A stretch of 64,000 bases of DNA from Planctomycetota bacterium (GTDB lineage Bacteria; Planctomycetota; GCA-002687715; CAIWVZ01). Positions 1 to 9,966 of the stretch are shown here, piece by piece. The notes under the pieces were generated by a model that was not told where the DNA came from, did not search any database, and was given only the letters and a program-made list of their open reading frames with translations. The position numbers and the translations under genes were made by a program. The stretch is taken from assembly GCA_044222185.1 (NCBI GenBank), contig JBGANV010000003.1:448001-512000 (forward strand). Direction: 5' to 3'. Position 1 is the stretch's first letter; the number at the start of each line of letters is the position of its first letter.

Positions 1-985
1 GGGCCTCGCGCGTCGGAGCCGCGAACGGCCGCCGCAGGGTCAGGCACTCGTACAGCGTGACGCCGAGCGACCAGACGTCCGTGCGGCGATCGAGTCGGAT
101 GCGTTGCCCGGTGATCTGCTCCGGACTCATGTAGGCCGGCGTCCCGAACAACTCGCCCGTGCGTGTGAGCGTCTGCGTATCCGAGCCCTCGTCTCGTGCG
201 AGACCGAAGTCCATGATCACGGGCTCGCCGTCCGGCGTGACCATGATGTTCGCAGGCTTGATGTCGCGATGGATGACGCCCGCCTCGTGCGCCGCGTGGA
301 GCGCCCGCGAGGCCTTCTCGACGATCTCCAAGAGGCGCACCACGTCCGCGAACCCGGGGACTTTCAGCCCCACGGCCGCGGACGTCACGGAGTCGGTGCT
401 CGGCCGTGCCGGCGCCGGATCGTCTTCCAACTCGACGAGCGACGAGTCGGCCGCGGTGGGGCCCGCGCTGCGCGTGTTCGAGATCAGGTTCGCCAGCGTC
501 TCGCCCTCGATGAATCGCATGGCGATGTAGGCGATCCCATCGGTCACGTCCGCATCGTGGACTGCGCAGATCCCCGGATGATCGAGCTGCGATGAGACCT
601 CGGCTTCGCGCCGGAACCTCTGAACGGTCCCCTCGCTGCCCGGCCCCAATCCAGGAAGCACCTTCAGCGCCACGCGACGGTGCAGACGCTCGTCCTCCGC
701 GAGGTACACGATCGCCTGACCGCCGCGCCCGAGTTCCCGCACGACGCGGTAGGGCCCGATGCGGCTCCCGGGCTCGCCCGGGCGGCCGCGCGGCGAGACC
801 GGGCGCGCCACGACGGTCGCCGGTTGTGCGCTGCCGAGAGCGGCGCCGTACTCGCGGGCGATCGACACGTCGTCGCCGGGAAAGCGCGCGAGGTACTCCG
901 GCAGATCCAAGACACGCCCCACGGCCACGTCGGCCGAGAGCGCATCCAGGAAGCGTTGAAGCGGTGTTCGCGAGTCGCTGCTCAT
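1..985 (-). CDS. Hanks-type Ser/Thr protein kinase (3' end runs off the window)
   Basis: Manual minus-strand translation from ATG 985: MSSDSRTPLQRFLDAL...LGRGGQAIVY...VALK...HRDIKPANIM...DFGLA...GTPAYMSPEQ...DVWSLG. Not in the ORF track because it has no stop in the window. Confidence 0.93.
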   Translation of the reverse strand, partial: MSSDSRTPLQRFLDALSADVAVGRVLDLPEYLARFPGDDVSIAREYGAALGSAQPATVVARPVSPRGRPGEPGSRIGPYRVVRELGRGGQAIVYLAEDERLHRRVALKVLPGLGPGSEGTVQRFRREAEVSSQLDHPGICAVHDADVTDGIAYIAMRFIEGETLANLISNTRSAGPTAADSSLVELEDDPAPARPSTDSVTSAAVGLKVPGFADVVRLLEIVEKASRALHAAHEAGVIHRDIKPANIMVTPDGEPVIMDFGLARDEGSDTQTLTRTGELFGTPAYMSPEQITGQRIRLDRRTDVWSLGVTLYECLTLRRPFAAPTREA

Positions 986-1406
986 GCGTCGGTTGCGGCC
1001 GCGGTGCCGACGGGCCGCGCGGTCGAAGGCGGAGATGATACCGCGCCGCTGCGGGCGTAGGCCGCGGAGCCTGGACGGAGCTGCGCGGTTGCACGGGATT
1101 TCGGCGGGATCGGATGCGGGCGGTGAGCCTGGGCCGCACCGTGATCGCCGTTGGTTGGACCGCGCGAGACGCGCGCCAATCCTGCCGATTCCCGACGCGA
1201 CGTCGGTGAATCGACGCTCCTCACGAAAGCCGATCGGAGCGTTCCCTGCGACCCACCGTTCGTACTCGTCGGACGCGGGTGACCGAGCCTTCATCGTTGC
1301 AGCGGAACTCTCCTGATCGCCACGGCATTGTCACCGGGACAAGTACGCCGTCGCGCGGGCGGACCTGCCACTACGATGGGCGCCGCCCCAGCAAGGAATG
1401 ACCTCG

Positions 1407-3479
1407 ATGAACAATCGCCCGGCCGCATCGGTGACCGCCGCCTTCCTCACGATCCTGCTCGCCTGTTCCACTCCGATGGCGTCGGCGCAGGAGTCGCGCC
1501 CGCGGCGCTTCACCCTCGACGACCTGGGAATGATCACCCGCGTCGCCGATCCGCAGATCTCGCCAGACCAGCGCTCGATCGTGATCCTCGTGTCACGCGC
1601 GAACTACGAAGACAACCGCTACGACGCCGAACTCGTGCTCGTCGACGTGGAGACCGGGAACCGGCGCGTTCTTACCCGCACTCGCCGCCACCTGGGATCG
1701 GCACGCTGGTCGCCGTCCGGCGACCGGCTGGCGTTCGTCGCGGATGCGCCGCCTCGCGGCAAGAAGAAGGCCGCGGGCGATGAGCCGGCGCAGCAGATCT
1801 TCATCATGCCGATGAACGGCGGCGACGCGCTTCAGATCACCGACGCACCCGACGGCGTCCAGCAGTTCGCCTGGCGCCCGGACGGAGACGCGATCGCCTA
1901 CGTCACCGAGGACGAGCCTGCCGATCGCGAGGCGCGGAAGAAAGGGATGGACGAGTTCGAGGTCGGGAACAACGACTCGCTCGCGACGTCCGCGCCGCGC
2001 CCCGCGCACATCTGGCTGATTCCCGCAGCCGGCGGCGAGGCGAGGCGGCTGACTTCCGGCTCGTGGAGCCTCCCCATGAGCGAACCGCCCGGTCCTCCGT
2101 CGTCGGCGATCTCCTGGTCGCCCGACGGCAAGGCCATCGCGTTCGTTCGGCAGGAGCGCCCCCATTTCGGAGACTCGGATCTGACCATCGTGCAAGTGCT
2201 CGACGTCGATTCGGGGGCGATCCGATCGCTCACGTCGCGCAAGCTCCTGGAATCGACGCCGACGTTCAGCCCGGACGGTTCCACCATCGCGATGTGGCAT
2301 CCGCGCGGTGACGACCCCAATCAGGTCAACGAGATCGAGGTCGTGCCCGCGACCGGCGGGACTCCACGCACGATCACCAGCTCGATCGACCGCTGCCTCT
2401 ACCAGTCGCGCTGGATGCCGGACGGCAAGTCGATCCTGACCGGGGGCAACGACGGCACGCGCGTTTCGCTCTGGATCCAGCCGCTGGACGGCCCGCCGCG
2501 AAAGCTGGCCCTCGGTGCCGCCAACCCGTCGTGGTCCTTCTGGATCGACGCGACGGTCGGGAAGTCCGGGATGATCGCGTTTGCGGGCAGCGAGCCACAC
2601 CATCCATCCGAGCTGTTCGTGATGGCGTCGCCGGATGCCGCGCCGCGCCGGCTGACGTCGTTCAACGATGCGGTCGAAGCACTCGACCTGGGAGCCGTGG
2701 AGCGGATCGAGTGGAAGGGACCGGACGGGTTCCAGGAGGACGGCGTGTTGGTCCTTCCGCCCGGCTTCGACGCCACGCGGAAATACCCGCTCGTGCTGAT
2801 GATTCACGGCGGGCCCGCGGCAGCCTCGACCCAGGCCTTCGCGCCTGCCGTGCAGGCGTTCGCGGCCCGTGGATGGGTGATCTTCCAACCCAACTATCGA
2901 GGAAGCGACAACCTCGGGAGCGCCTACCAGAAGGCGATTCTCGGCGACGCCGGCGACGGCCCGGGCCGCGACGTGATGTCGGGAATCGAAGCGGTGAAGG
3001 CCCGGGGATTCATCGACGCGGAGCGCATCGCGGTCTCGGGATGGTCGTACGGCGGCTACATGACGTCGTGGTTGATCGGACACTACGGGGTGTGGAAGGT
3101 CGCGGTCGCCGGCGCTGCGGTGACCAATCTGATCGATCAGTACGACCTGTCGGACTTCAACGTCCAGGAACGGTACTCGTTCCACGGCCGATCGCCGTAC
3201 ACCGGTGACGCGGCGAAGGACTACGTCGCGCAGTCTCCGATCACGGCGATCGCAAACGCGAAGGCTCCGACGCTCGTGCTCTCGACGACGGGCGACGCCC
3301 GCGTGCCCGTCGCTCAGTCGTACCGGCTCTACCACGCGCTGAAGGACAACGGAGTGGAGACGAAGTTCGTGGCCTTCCCGGTGGGCGGACATTTCCCCGG
3401 GGACCCGGTGCGGGCCCGCTCGGTATATCGCCACTGGATGAACTGGATCGCCGATCACCTCGGCGCGACGGATGCGTGA
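1407..3479 (+). CDS. Secreted S9 family peptidase (acylaminoacyl/dipeptidyl peptidase) with PD40/TolB-like propeller
   Basis: Signal peptide, WSPDG repeats, IHGGP, NYRGS, nucleophile GWSYGG, DARVP and GGH. Start is 1398 or 1407; AAGGA spacing favours 1407. Confidence 0.92.
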   Translation: MNNRPAASVTAAFLTILLACSTPMASAQESRPRRFTLDDLGMITRVADPQISPDQRSIVILVSRANYEDNRYDAELVLVDVETGNRRVLTRTRRHLGSARWSPSGDRLAFVADAPPRGKKKAAGDEPAQQIFIMPMNGGDALQITDAPDGVQQFAWRPDGDAIAYVTEDEPADREARKKGMDEFEVGNNDSLATSAPRPAHIWLIPAAGGEARRLTSGSWSLPMSEPPGPPSSAISWSPDGKAIAFVRQERPHFGDSDLTIVQVLDVDSGAIRSLTSRKLLESTPTFSPDGSTIAMWHPRGDDPNQVNEIEVVPATGGTPRTITSSIDRCLYQSRWMPDGKSILTGGNDGTRVSLWIQPLDGPPRKLALGAANPSWSFWIDATVGKSGMIAFAGSEPHHPSELFVMASPDAAPRRLTSFNDAVEALDLGAVERIEWKGPDGFQEDGVLVLPPGFDATRKYPLVLMIHGGPAAASTQAFAPAVQAFAARGWVIFQPNYRGSDNLGSAYQKAILGDAGDGPGRDVMSGIEAVKARGFIDAERIAVSGWSYGGYMTSWLIGHYGVWKVAVAGAAVTNLIDQYDLSDFNVQERYSFHGRSPYTGDAAKDYVAQSPITAIANAKAPTLVLSTTGDARVPVAQSYRLYHALKDNGVETKFVAFPVGGHFPGDPVRARSVYRHWMNWIADHLGATDA

Positions 3480-3554
3480 TCCCATCCGGCGTGTAGAGTC
3501 TCGCTCGTGGTCGGACGGGCCGCGACCGGTCCCTCCCCCACCTGGAGCGAGCCC

Positions 3555-3964
3555 ATGGGAACTGCAAAGCGTTCGAAGGACGTGACTGGCGCCGACGTGA
3601 TCGAGGCCGCGCTCGCGCTGCCTGGAGCGGAGCGCGGAATCGCGTGTGCCGGTACGTCGCTCGAGGCCACGACGGTCACGACCGGCGGCAAGGCGTTCGT
3701 CTTCGTGGGAAAGAAGGACGTCCGAATGAAACTCGGCGAGTCTCTCGCCGCATTCCAGACCATGGTGAAGGCCGAGCCCAAGCGCTTTCTGCCGGCGCGG
3801 GCGGATGGATCACGATGAGGTTCGACGAGAACGGCCGCGTACCGGCGGAGGCCAAGGGCGCGTGGCTCGGCGAAAGCCAGGCGCTGTTCGCCTCATCGGC
3901 GAAGAAGACCGCGTCGCCCAAGCCCAAGCCCAAGCCCAAGGCCGCGCGCCGCAAGGGCTCCTGA
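3555..3964 (+). pseudogene. MmcQ/YjbR-like small protein split by a 1-nt frameshift (or a sequencing indel)
   Basis: ATG 3555 with GGAG RBS gives MGTAKRSK...GGKAFVFVG...KRF; the reading continues in another frame as AGAGGWITMRF...WLGESQAL. Adding one T to TTT at 3786-3788 joins the two. Confidence 0.7.
3917..3940 (+). repeat. (CCCAAG)x4 hexamer repeat encoding PKPKPKPK
   Basis: Read directly from the sequence. Confidence 0.85.
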
Positions 3965-3986
3965 ACCCACTGACGACGAGCCCATC

Positions 3987-5231
3987 GTGCCCGAGCGCCA
4001 TTTCCCCGTTCGCCCTGACCTCGGCAGACTCACGGCCGAAGCCGAAGCTCTGCACCGCGCGATCCGGGACGGCGACGCCGATGCCAGAGCAACCGTTCGA
4101 CGCAACCACCCTGACGCATCCGCCGCGGCGAACCCGAGCGTCGACGATGCCAGGCTCGCTCTCGCTCGCAGCTACGGATTGCCTGACTGGTCGCGTCTCG
4201 TCCTCGCGTGTCAGTTGACCGACGCCATCTGGCAGGACGACGTCGACGCGGTTCGTGAGCTGGTCACACGCACGCCATCCCTCCTCGTCGAGGATGCCCG
4301 CGGGGTGAAGGGCAACTGGGGACCGCCCATGTCGTACGCGGCGAACCTGGGGCGCGACCGCATCATCGAGCTTCTTTGGGGCCTCGGCGCAACCGACCTC
4401 CAGTTCGCCTTCGATCGCGCGTGCCTGCAAGGTCGCACCGACACGGCGCGCAAGCTCCATGCGCTCGGCGCTCATCCCGCACGGGACGCTGCGATGGGGC
4501 CGTGCGAAACGCAGAACGGAGAGGGGCTGGCGCTGATCCTCGAGCTCGGAGCGACGCCGTCGGACGAGCACGGAGATCCGCTCGCGCCGGTCGCCATGGT
4601 CCTCGAGACCTACTGCCGCAACCCCGCAGGCAAGCACCGATGCCTCGAACTCCTCGCGCGCCACGGGGCTCCGCTTGCGGACACACCGCCGATGGCGGTC
4701 CACCGGGGACGTCTCGACCTCCTCGAGTCCCACCTCTCGCGCGACCCGGCACTGTTCTCGAGGACGTACTCCCACGGCGACATCTGGCCCCGTGAACTCG
4801 GGTGCCATGCGGACGAGTCGCTGGCGCTCCACGGCTCGCCGCTCGCCGGCGGAACCCTGCTCCACCTCTGCGTCGACAACGACGAGATCGAGCTGGCCCG
4901 CTGGATGATCGCGCACGGAGCCGACGTGAACGCGAGGGCTGCCGTCGATGCCGACGGATTCGGCGGCCACACGGCACTCTTCGGCTGCGTCGTCTCCCAA
5001 CCCCACCGCGTCGGGCTGCGGAAGGACGACGGCTTCGCCCGGCTGCTGCTGGAATCGGGCGCGGACCCGACGATCCGCGCGTCGGTCCGCAAACGGTTGC
5101 GCTTCGTCGCCGACGAGACGATGCACGAATATCGCGACGTCACGGCATGGGAGTTCGGAGCCCGATTCCACGACCAGGACTGGGTGAACCCCGCGGTGAT
5201 GGCGCTCCTCGCTTCCCGAGCGACGAAGTGA
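3987..5231 (+). CDS. Ankyrin-repeat protein
   Basis: GTLLHLC...IAHGADVNA and GHTALF...LLLESGADP ankyrin motifs; N-terminal PVRPDL...ARSYGLPDW segment typical of this family. Confidence 0.85.
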   Translation: MPERHFPVRPDLGRLTAEAEALHRAIRDGDADARATVRRNHPDASAAANPSVDDARLALARSYGLPDWSRLVLACQLTDAIWQDDVDAVRELVTRTPSLLVEDARGVKGNWGPPMSYAANLGRDRIIELLWGLGATDLQFAFDRACLQGRTDTARKLHALGAHPARDAAMGPCETQNGEGLALILELGATPSDEHGDPLAPVAMVLETYCRNPAGKHRCLELLARHGAPLADTPPMAVHRGRLDLLESHLSRDPALFSRTYSHGDIWPRELGCHADESLALHGSPLAGGTLLHLCVDNDEIELARWMIAHGADVNARAAVDADGFGGHTALFGCVVSQPHRVGLRKDDGFARLLLESGADPTIRASVRKRLRFVADETMHEYRDVTAWEFGARFHDQDWVNPAVMALLASRATK

Positions 5232-5240
5232 CGGCCGCAA

Positions 5241-7448
5241 TCACGGGTCTGGCCGGGACGCCGGCTCGTCGATCCCGCTCCACGGTTTCAGATCGGCGAG
5301 CGTGCTCGTCGCTCCTGCCGTCACCGGCACGCCCCACTTCGTGAAGAAGGGCGAGAGGTCGCGGCCTGCGGCACGGCTCATCCGCACGAGCCACTGGTCG
5401 CGTTTGTCTCCGTCCGACCTGGGACGCTCCGCCGCCGCGAGCGCGGCGTACTCCGCGAAGACGCGACGGTACAAATCCCAGCCGAACGCCTGCTGAATCT
5501 CCGCGTACATGCGGAGCGCGAGGAACGGATCCGACTTCCACTTGTCGAACGGCGCGCCGCTCGCGATGTGCTTGCGCGCGACGTCGGCCTTCCCCTTCAC
5601 CTGGGGAGAATCCCATGGCTTCACGCCGCCCACCCGCTCGGAGACGTAGAGCGAGAACAGGTTGTTCGTCACTTCGCCGGTTCCACCAAAGGTCCACGCA
5701 TCGCGCTGGCGGTTGTGTCCGAGCTCGTGCCAGAAGCCCCAGCCGGACGTTCCGTTCGTCAGGTACTTCACGTCGACCATGCGCGCGCCCGCATCGAGGT
5801 GCGTCATGATCGGGTAACCCGAATGCATGTAGCCGGCGCTGATCTGCACATCGGTCACGATGCGCTCGGGCCGCTGGTAGAGAGGCTCACGTCCCAGCTC
5901 CTCGTAAAGATCCATGACGCGGTCCCAGAACGCGAGCAGCGACTCCGGGTCGTCGAGCTTGCGGACGTGCTCGGACTTCAACGTCAGGACGATCTTCCGC
6001 GTCGCGAGCTCGGCCCACGGTCCGGGCGCGTGGCGGATGGTCGTTCGCCACTCGTCGACGGAGGTCACTCCCCGCCGGTACAACGGCGCGTGCACGACGC
6101 CGCCGATGGCGACGCGGACGGAGGTTGCCTTGCAGCCCTTCGGCACCTCCAGGTAGACGAGCCCTCCGTGCATGGTCGTGACGCGAAGGCTTGGACGATC
6201 GATCGGGAACGTGGCCGTCACCTCCGGATCGCGCGACCACGAATCCTTGCTCCACAGATCGTCCTCGTGGCACCCCACGCGCAGGCGCAACCCGAGCCTT
6301 GCCGCGTCCGCGGGAACGTCGATCATCACTGCGTCGCCCGCCGTCGCGAAGAGCCCAAGGCTCTGCCAGCCGTCGATCGCCAGCTCGACGTCGCGCTCCA
6401 CCCGAACGCGCGGGACGTCGCGCGGCACCACACCGGGAAACCATGCGGCATCGGGTGCGGCCGGGACCTGATCGATCGGCAGCCGCGCAGCGTCCTGATG
6501 GCGAAGGACGAGGCCAAGGCGCGCGATCACGTCCGCACTCTTCAGCGGCGAACCTTCTCCGGGCAGCTTCGGCGCGGACGCTGCGACGGCACCGCGAACG
6601 CGCGGCAGGAAGGTCGCGTCGTCCGGAGGCAGGGCACGGAGCGCATCGATGACGGTTCCGGTCAGGGCCGAAAGCCGCTTCGCATCGCGCTTCCCGCGAC
6701 TCTCGGTGGCGGAGAGAAGCTGGTCGAGAGCGTGCCCCGCGTGGACGCATCGACGGCGCTCCAGGTCCGTGTCCTGCGGCGGCATGCGCCCGAGGTATCC
6801 GTCCGACCACGCGAAGCCGGCCTTGCGGGCGAGTTGGTTGCCGCGGTGGTCCCGGTCGAGTCGCAATCCAGGATGGGTCTGCTTCCACCCCCACCCGAGC
6901 GAGGATGCGACGAACCCACCGCCGCGGAGGACGAAGCCTTCGACGTCGCCGAGTTGCTCCGCCGTCAAGTGCTCCGTATCGGCGACGATGACCGAGGCCC
7001 GCTCGATCGTGGACGGCCAGTCGAGGCCATGTCCGTCGACGACGGTGATCCCCGCTGCTCGGGCGCGCGCGCCGATCTCCGGAAGGTCGACGGCGAGCAC
7101 CGCGATCGTGGCATGGTCTCCCGCGGCCCAGCGCACGCAGTTCAGCACGAGCCTTCCGGTGTCGCCCTCGTCCATGGCGGCCTTGCCGAAGTAGCCGCCG
7201 TGACCGAACCCGACGACCCGCCCCTTCCCCATCCGCGCGGCGGCGACGGCGGCCTCGTCGCGCGCACCGTTCGACCACAGCGCCACGGCGAACGCCGACT
7301 CGCCGAAAACGACCAGAGGCCCGGGAGTCCCCGGCGCCGCGATCGCCTTCACCCCGGACAGCAGAGCATCGACGTCGGATCGAGTCTGAGCGCCCAGCGC
7401 GACGCCGAGCGCGGCCCACAGAACGTTGCAGCGGAGTAGGTGGCGCAT
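5241..7448 (-). CDS. Secreted M60-like (enhancin/TCAF-type) zinc metallopeptidase
   Basis: Signal peptide MRHLLRC...ALGAQ; WQSLGLFA, GGLVY, PWAEL, MHSGYP, WGFWHELGHN and GEVTNN motifs. Confidence 0.9.
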   Translation of the reverse strand: MRHLLRCNVLWAALGVALGAQTRSDVDALLSGVKAIAAPGTPGPLVVFGESAFAVALWSNGARDEAAVAAARMGKGRVVGFGHGGYFGKAAMDEGDTGRLVLNCVRWAAGDHATIAVLAVDLPEIGARARAAGITVVDGHGLDWPSTIERASVIVADTEHLTAEQLGDVEGFVLRGGGFVASSLGWGWKQTHPGLRLDRDHRGNQLARKAGFAWSDGYLGRMPPQDTDLERRRCVHAGHALDQLLSATESRGKRDAKRLSALTGTVIDALRALPPDDATFLPRVRGAVAASAPKLPGEGSPLKSADVIARLGLVLRHQDAARLPIDQVPAAPDAAWFPGVVPRDVPRVRVERDVELAIDGWQSLGLFATAGDAVMIDVPADAARLGLRLRVGCHEDDLWSKDSWSRDPEVTATFPIDRPSLRVTTMHGGLVYLEVPKGCKATSVRVAIGGVVHAPLYRRGVTSVDEWRTTIRHAPGPWAELATRKIVLTLKSEHVRKLDDPESLLAFWDRVMDLYEELGREPLYQRPERIVTDVQISAGYMHSGYPIMTHLDAGARMVDVKYLTNGTSGWGFWHELGHNRQRDAWTFGGTGEVTNNLFSLYVSERVGGVKPWDSPQVKGKADVARKHIASGAPFDKWKSDPFLALRMYAEIQQAFGWDLYRRVFAEYAALAAAERPRSDGDKRDQWLVRMSRAAGRDLSPFFTKWGVPVTAGATSTLADLKPWSGIDEPASRPDP

Positions 7449-7759
7449 GGCTGAAAGCTTCGTCGGACGATCCCTCGGGTCAAGTCGGGACGCTGGATTC
7501 CCCCCCCACGTCGCACGCACGCCGAAGCGCCGTGAACGTCACGGGCGCGCGGAGTCCACGCGAAACGACCGGCGGATTCGTCCTCTGGGGTCGCGGGTTC
7601 GACCGTGGCCGACGTTTGGTCTCGCTCGGAGAGAACGCGCAGTTATCCTCCGCGACCAACATGGACTCGCCGGCGGGAATCCGTTCCCGTCGGCGCGCGT
7701 TTCGATCGAGGCCTCCACCCTGGGGCTGAGACCGCCTGGCAAACCACCGGAGATCCGCT

Positions 7760-8149
7760 TTGCTCGCACGCATCCTCGGACCGTACTCCAACACCGTCTA
7801 CACGATCCTGCGCGTCCTCGTCGGCCTGCTCTTCGCGTTCCACGGAATGCAGAAGATCTTCGGCGTGCTCTCGCCGCACGCCGTCGAGCTGTGGTCCCAG
7901 ATCTGGTGGGGCGGGCTCATCGAGCTCGTCACGGGCCTGGCCGTCGCCGTCGGCTTCTGGACGACGTGCGCCGCGTTCCTCGCGAGCGGGACCATGGCCG
8001 TCGCATACATCCAGTTCCATTGGAAGTTCGCCTTCGACTCCAAGTTCTTCCCGGGCGTGAATCAGGGCGAACTGGCCTTGGTGTACGCGTTCCTGTTCCT
8101 CTACATCGCGTGCCGTGGTGGTGGACGGTGGAACTGCGACAAGCCCTGA
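7760..8149 (+). CDS. DoxX family membrane protein
   Basis: LRVLVGLLFAFHGMQKIFG, IELVTGL, MAVAY, NQGELAL; GGAG RBS before TTG start. Confidence 0.9.
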   Translation: MLARILGPYSNTVYTILRVLVGLLFAFHGMQKIFGVLSPHAVELWSQIWWGGLIELVTGLAVAVGFWTTCAAFLASGTMAVAYIQFHWKFAFDSKFFPGVNQGELALVYAFLFLYIACRGGGRWNCDKP

Positions 8150-8413
8150 CGCTTCACCCGTGTCTCCGGCGGTGACCTGCACTTAGGACGTTCATCGGTC
8201 GCCGACCACGTACCGGATCACCGGTCGTGGCGCGACCGAGCGCCTCGACCGCGCCGTGTGAATGCGCGTCTGCCGGCTTGCGATCGTGCCGAGACGTGTT
8301 TCGATCTGCCCCCACACGCGGCGAGCGATCGCTCGATCCATGTCCGGCGACATGGGCACCGCCTGGTGGCATGCCGCTCGAACGAACCTCGGCCAAGACG
8401 AAAGGCCCACCCG

Positions 8414-8971
8414 ATGCTTCGCAAGCTCTTCCTGTTCCTCCTCGCCGTCATCGTCATCCTCGTCATCGTCATCGCCACGCGCCCGGCGACGTTCCGCGTC
8501 GAGCGCTCGACGTCGATCGCGGCGTCTCCCGAGGCGGTGTTCGCCCAGGTGAACGACTTCCACAACTGGGTCGCGTGGTCGCCGTGGGAGAAGCTCGACC
8601 CGGAAATGAAGCGTACGTTCGGCGGCCCGGCGTCAGGCAAGGGATCGACCTACGGCTGGGTGGGCAACGACAAGGTCGGCGAAGGGAAGATGACCATCGA
8701 GCAGAGCACGCCTCCAGCCGCACTCGGGATCAAGCTCGAGTTCATCAAGCCGTTCGAGCAATCGAGCGACGTGAAGTTCGCGTTCTCGCCGGAGGGCGCG
8801 GGGACGAAGGTGACGTGGTCCATGGAAGGAGAGAACAACTTCCTTTCGAAGGCGTTCTCGCTGTTCATGGACATGGACAAGCTGGTCGGTGGCGACTTCG
8901 AACGCGGCCTCGCGTCGCTGAAGACGACGGCCGAGGGCGCCGGGGCCCAGAAGGCCACGACGACGAAATGA
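8414..8971 (+). CDS. SRPBCC (polyketide cyclase/START-like) family protein with N-terminal membrane anchor
   Basis: Hydrophobic N-terminus, FRVERS..I.A.PE.VF..VNDFHNW..WSPW, GGDFERGLASLK. Confidence 0.9.
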   Translation: MLRKLFLFLLAVIVILVIVIATRPATFRVERSTSIAASPEAVFAQVNDFHNWVAWSPWEKLDPEMKRTFGGPASGKGSTYGWVGNDKVGEGKMTIEQSTPPAALGIKLEFIKPFEQSSDVKFAFSPEGAGTKVTWSMEGENNFLSKAFSLFMDMDKLVGGDFERGLASLKTTAEGAGAQKATTTK

Positions 8972-9110
8972 CCGGCCTGCGGCCATCGACGGCCGCGTGC
9001 ACGGTCGCGGAACCGGCGGCCGGCGGACTGCGTCCTCGACGCGGCCACGCCGACTTCCGGAGCGCAGGCGTGTGTTCGATCGCGGCGCCGCGTGACGCGG
9101 AACCTGGCGG

Positions 9111-9647
9111 ATGCCGATGGCGACTCTCTACATCCTCGCATTCCCGGACTTCGACGAGGCCGACGGCCGCTTCGTCGACTCGTTCCGCACCGCCCACGAT
9201 CTTCGGAAGTCGAAGCTCGTCGCGCCCCACTTCACTCTGATGTTCGGCACCGACGTTCACGGCCCGGACGTGACCGTCGACGCGGCGAGGGCCGCGGCCG
9301 CGTGCACACCGCCGTTCCAGTTCGCATGCAAGGAAGCACGACTGGGCACCGACCCGAGTGATTCACGCGGTCGCGTGTTTCTGGTCCCCGAGACCGGTAG
9401 CGCCGAGCTGGCACTCCTGCACCGACGGGTCCACGCGGGTGCGCTCGCACCGCTGCTCACGGATGGAAGGCCCTTCGTTCCGCACATCACGATCGGCGAG
9501 ACGGCCGACATCGCCGGCGCCGCGGCCCTCTGCGCGCCGTTGAATCGAAGCGGACTCCATGTTCGCGGCGCGGTGCGCCACCTCTCCGTCTGCGCCCTGG
9601 CCGGGGATGTCCTCACCTCGATCGCGCGGCTCCCACTTGGTCACTGA
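9111..9647 (+). CDS. 2H phosphoesterase (2'-5' RNA ligase family)
   Basis: Two HxT motifs: PHFTL and PHITI. Confidence 0.85.
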   Translation: MPMATLYILAFPDFDEADGRFVDSFRTAHDLRKSKLVAPHFTLMFGTDVHGPDVTVDAARAAAACTPPFQFACKEARLGTDPSDSRGRVFLVPETGSAELALLHRRVHAGALAPLLTDGRPFVPHITIGETADIAGAAALCAPLNRSGLHVRGAVRHLSVCALAGDVLTSIARLPLGH

Positions 9648-9966
9648 CCTCGCGCCACGCGCGCACATCCGCACACATGGGAGCCCGACCGTGCGACATC
9701 GAACCCACGATGCCGCTCGGCATGTCCGAACGCGCGGCGCGGGCGTGGTTTTCACCGCTCGATGCGCGATTTCGAACGCAAGCCGTCGGTGAATGCGCGC
9801 ACCGAATACGCCGCGGTCGAGGGAAACAAACCAAACCACCCCCATGCGAACCCTGGGGCGCTCGCTCCCCGTGGCGCCGCATGACGTCGCGCCACGAAAC
9901 GAGGATTTCACCCGTGCGACACTGTTTGCGCACTGCGTCTATGATCTCGCCAACGGAGTGAACGAG

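Noticed and set aside
982-1224. 80-aa ORF overlapping the kinase start (ATGA)
   Set aside because: No recognisable features; the region more likely holds divergent promoters.
9111-9647. 2H phosphoesterase as an anti-CBASS or defence component
   Set aside because: No cyclase, phage or defence context; a generic 2H enzyme is the simpler reading.
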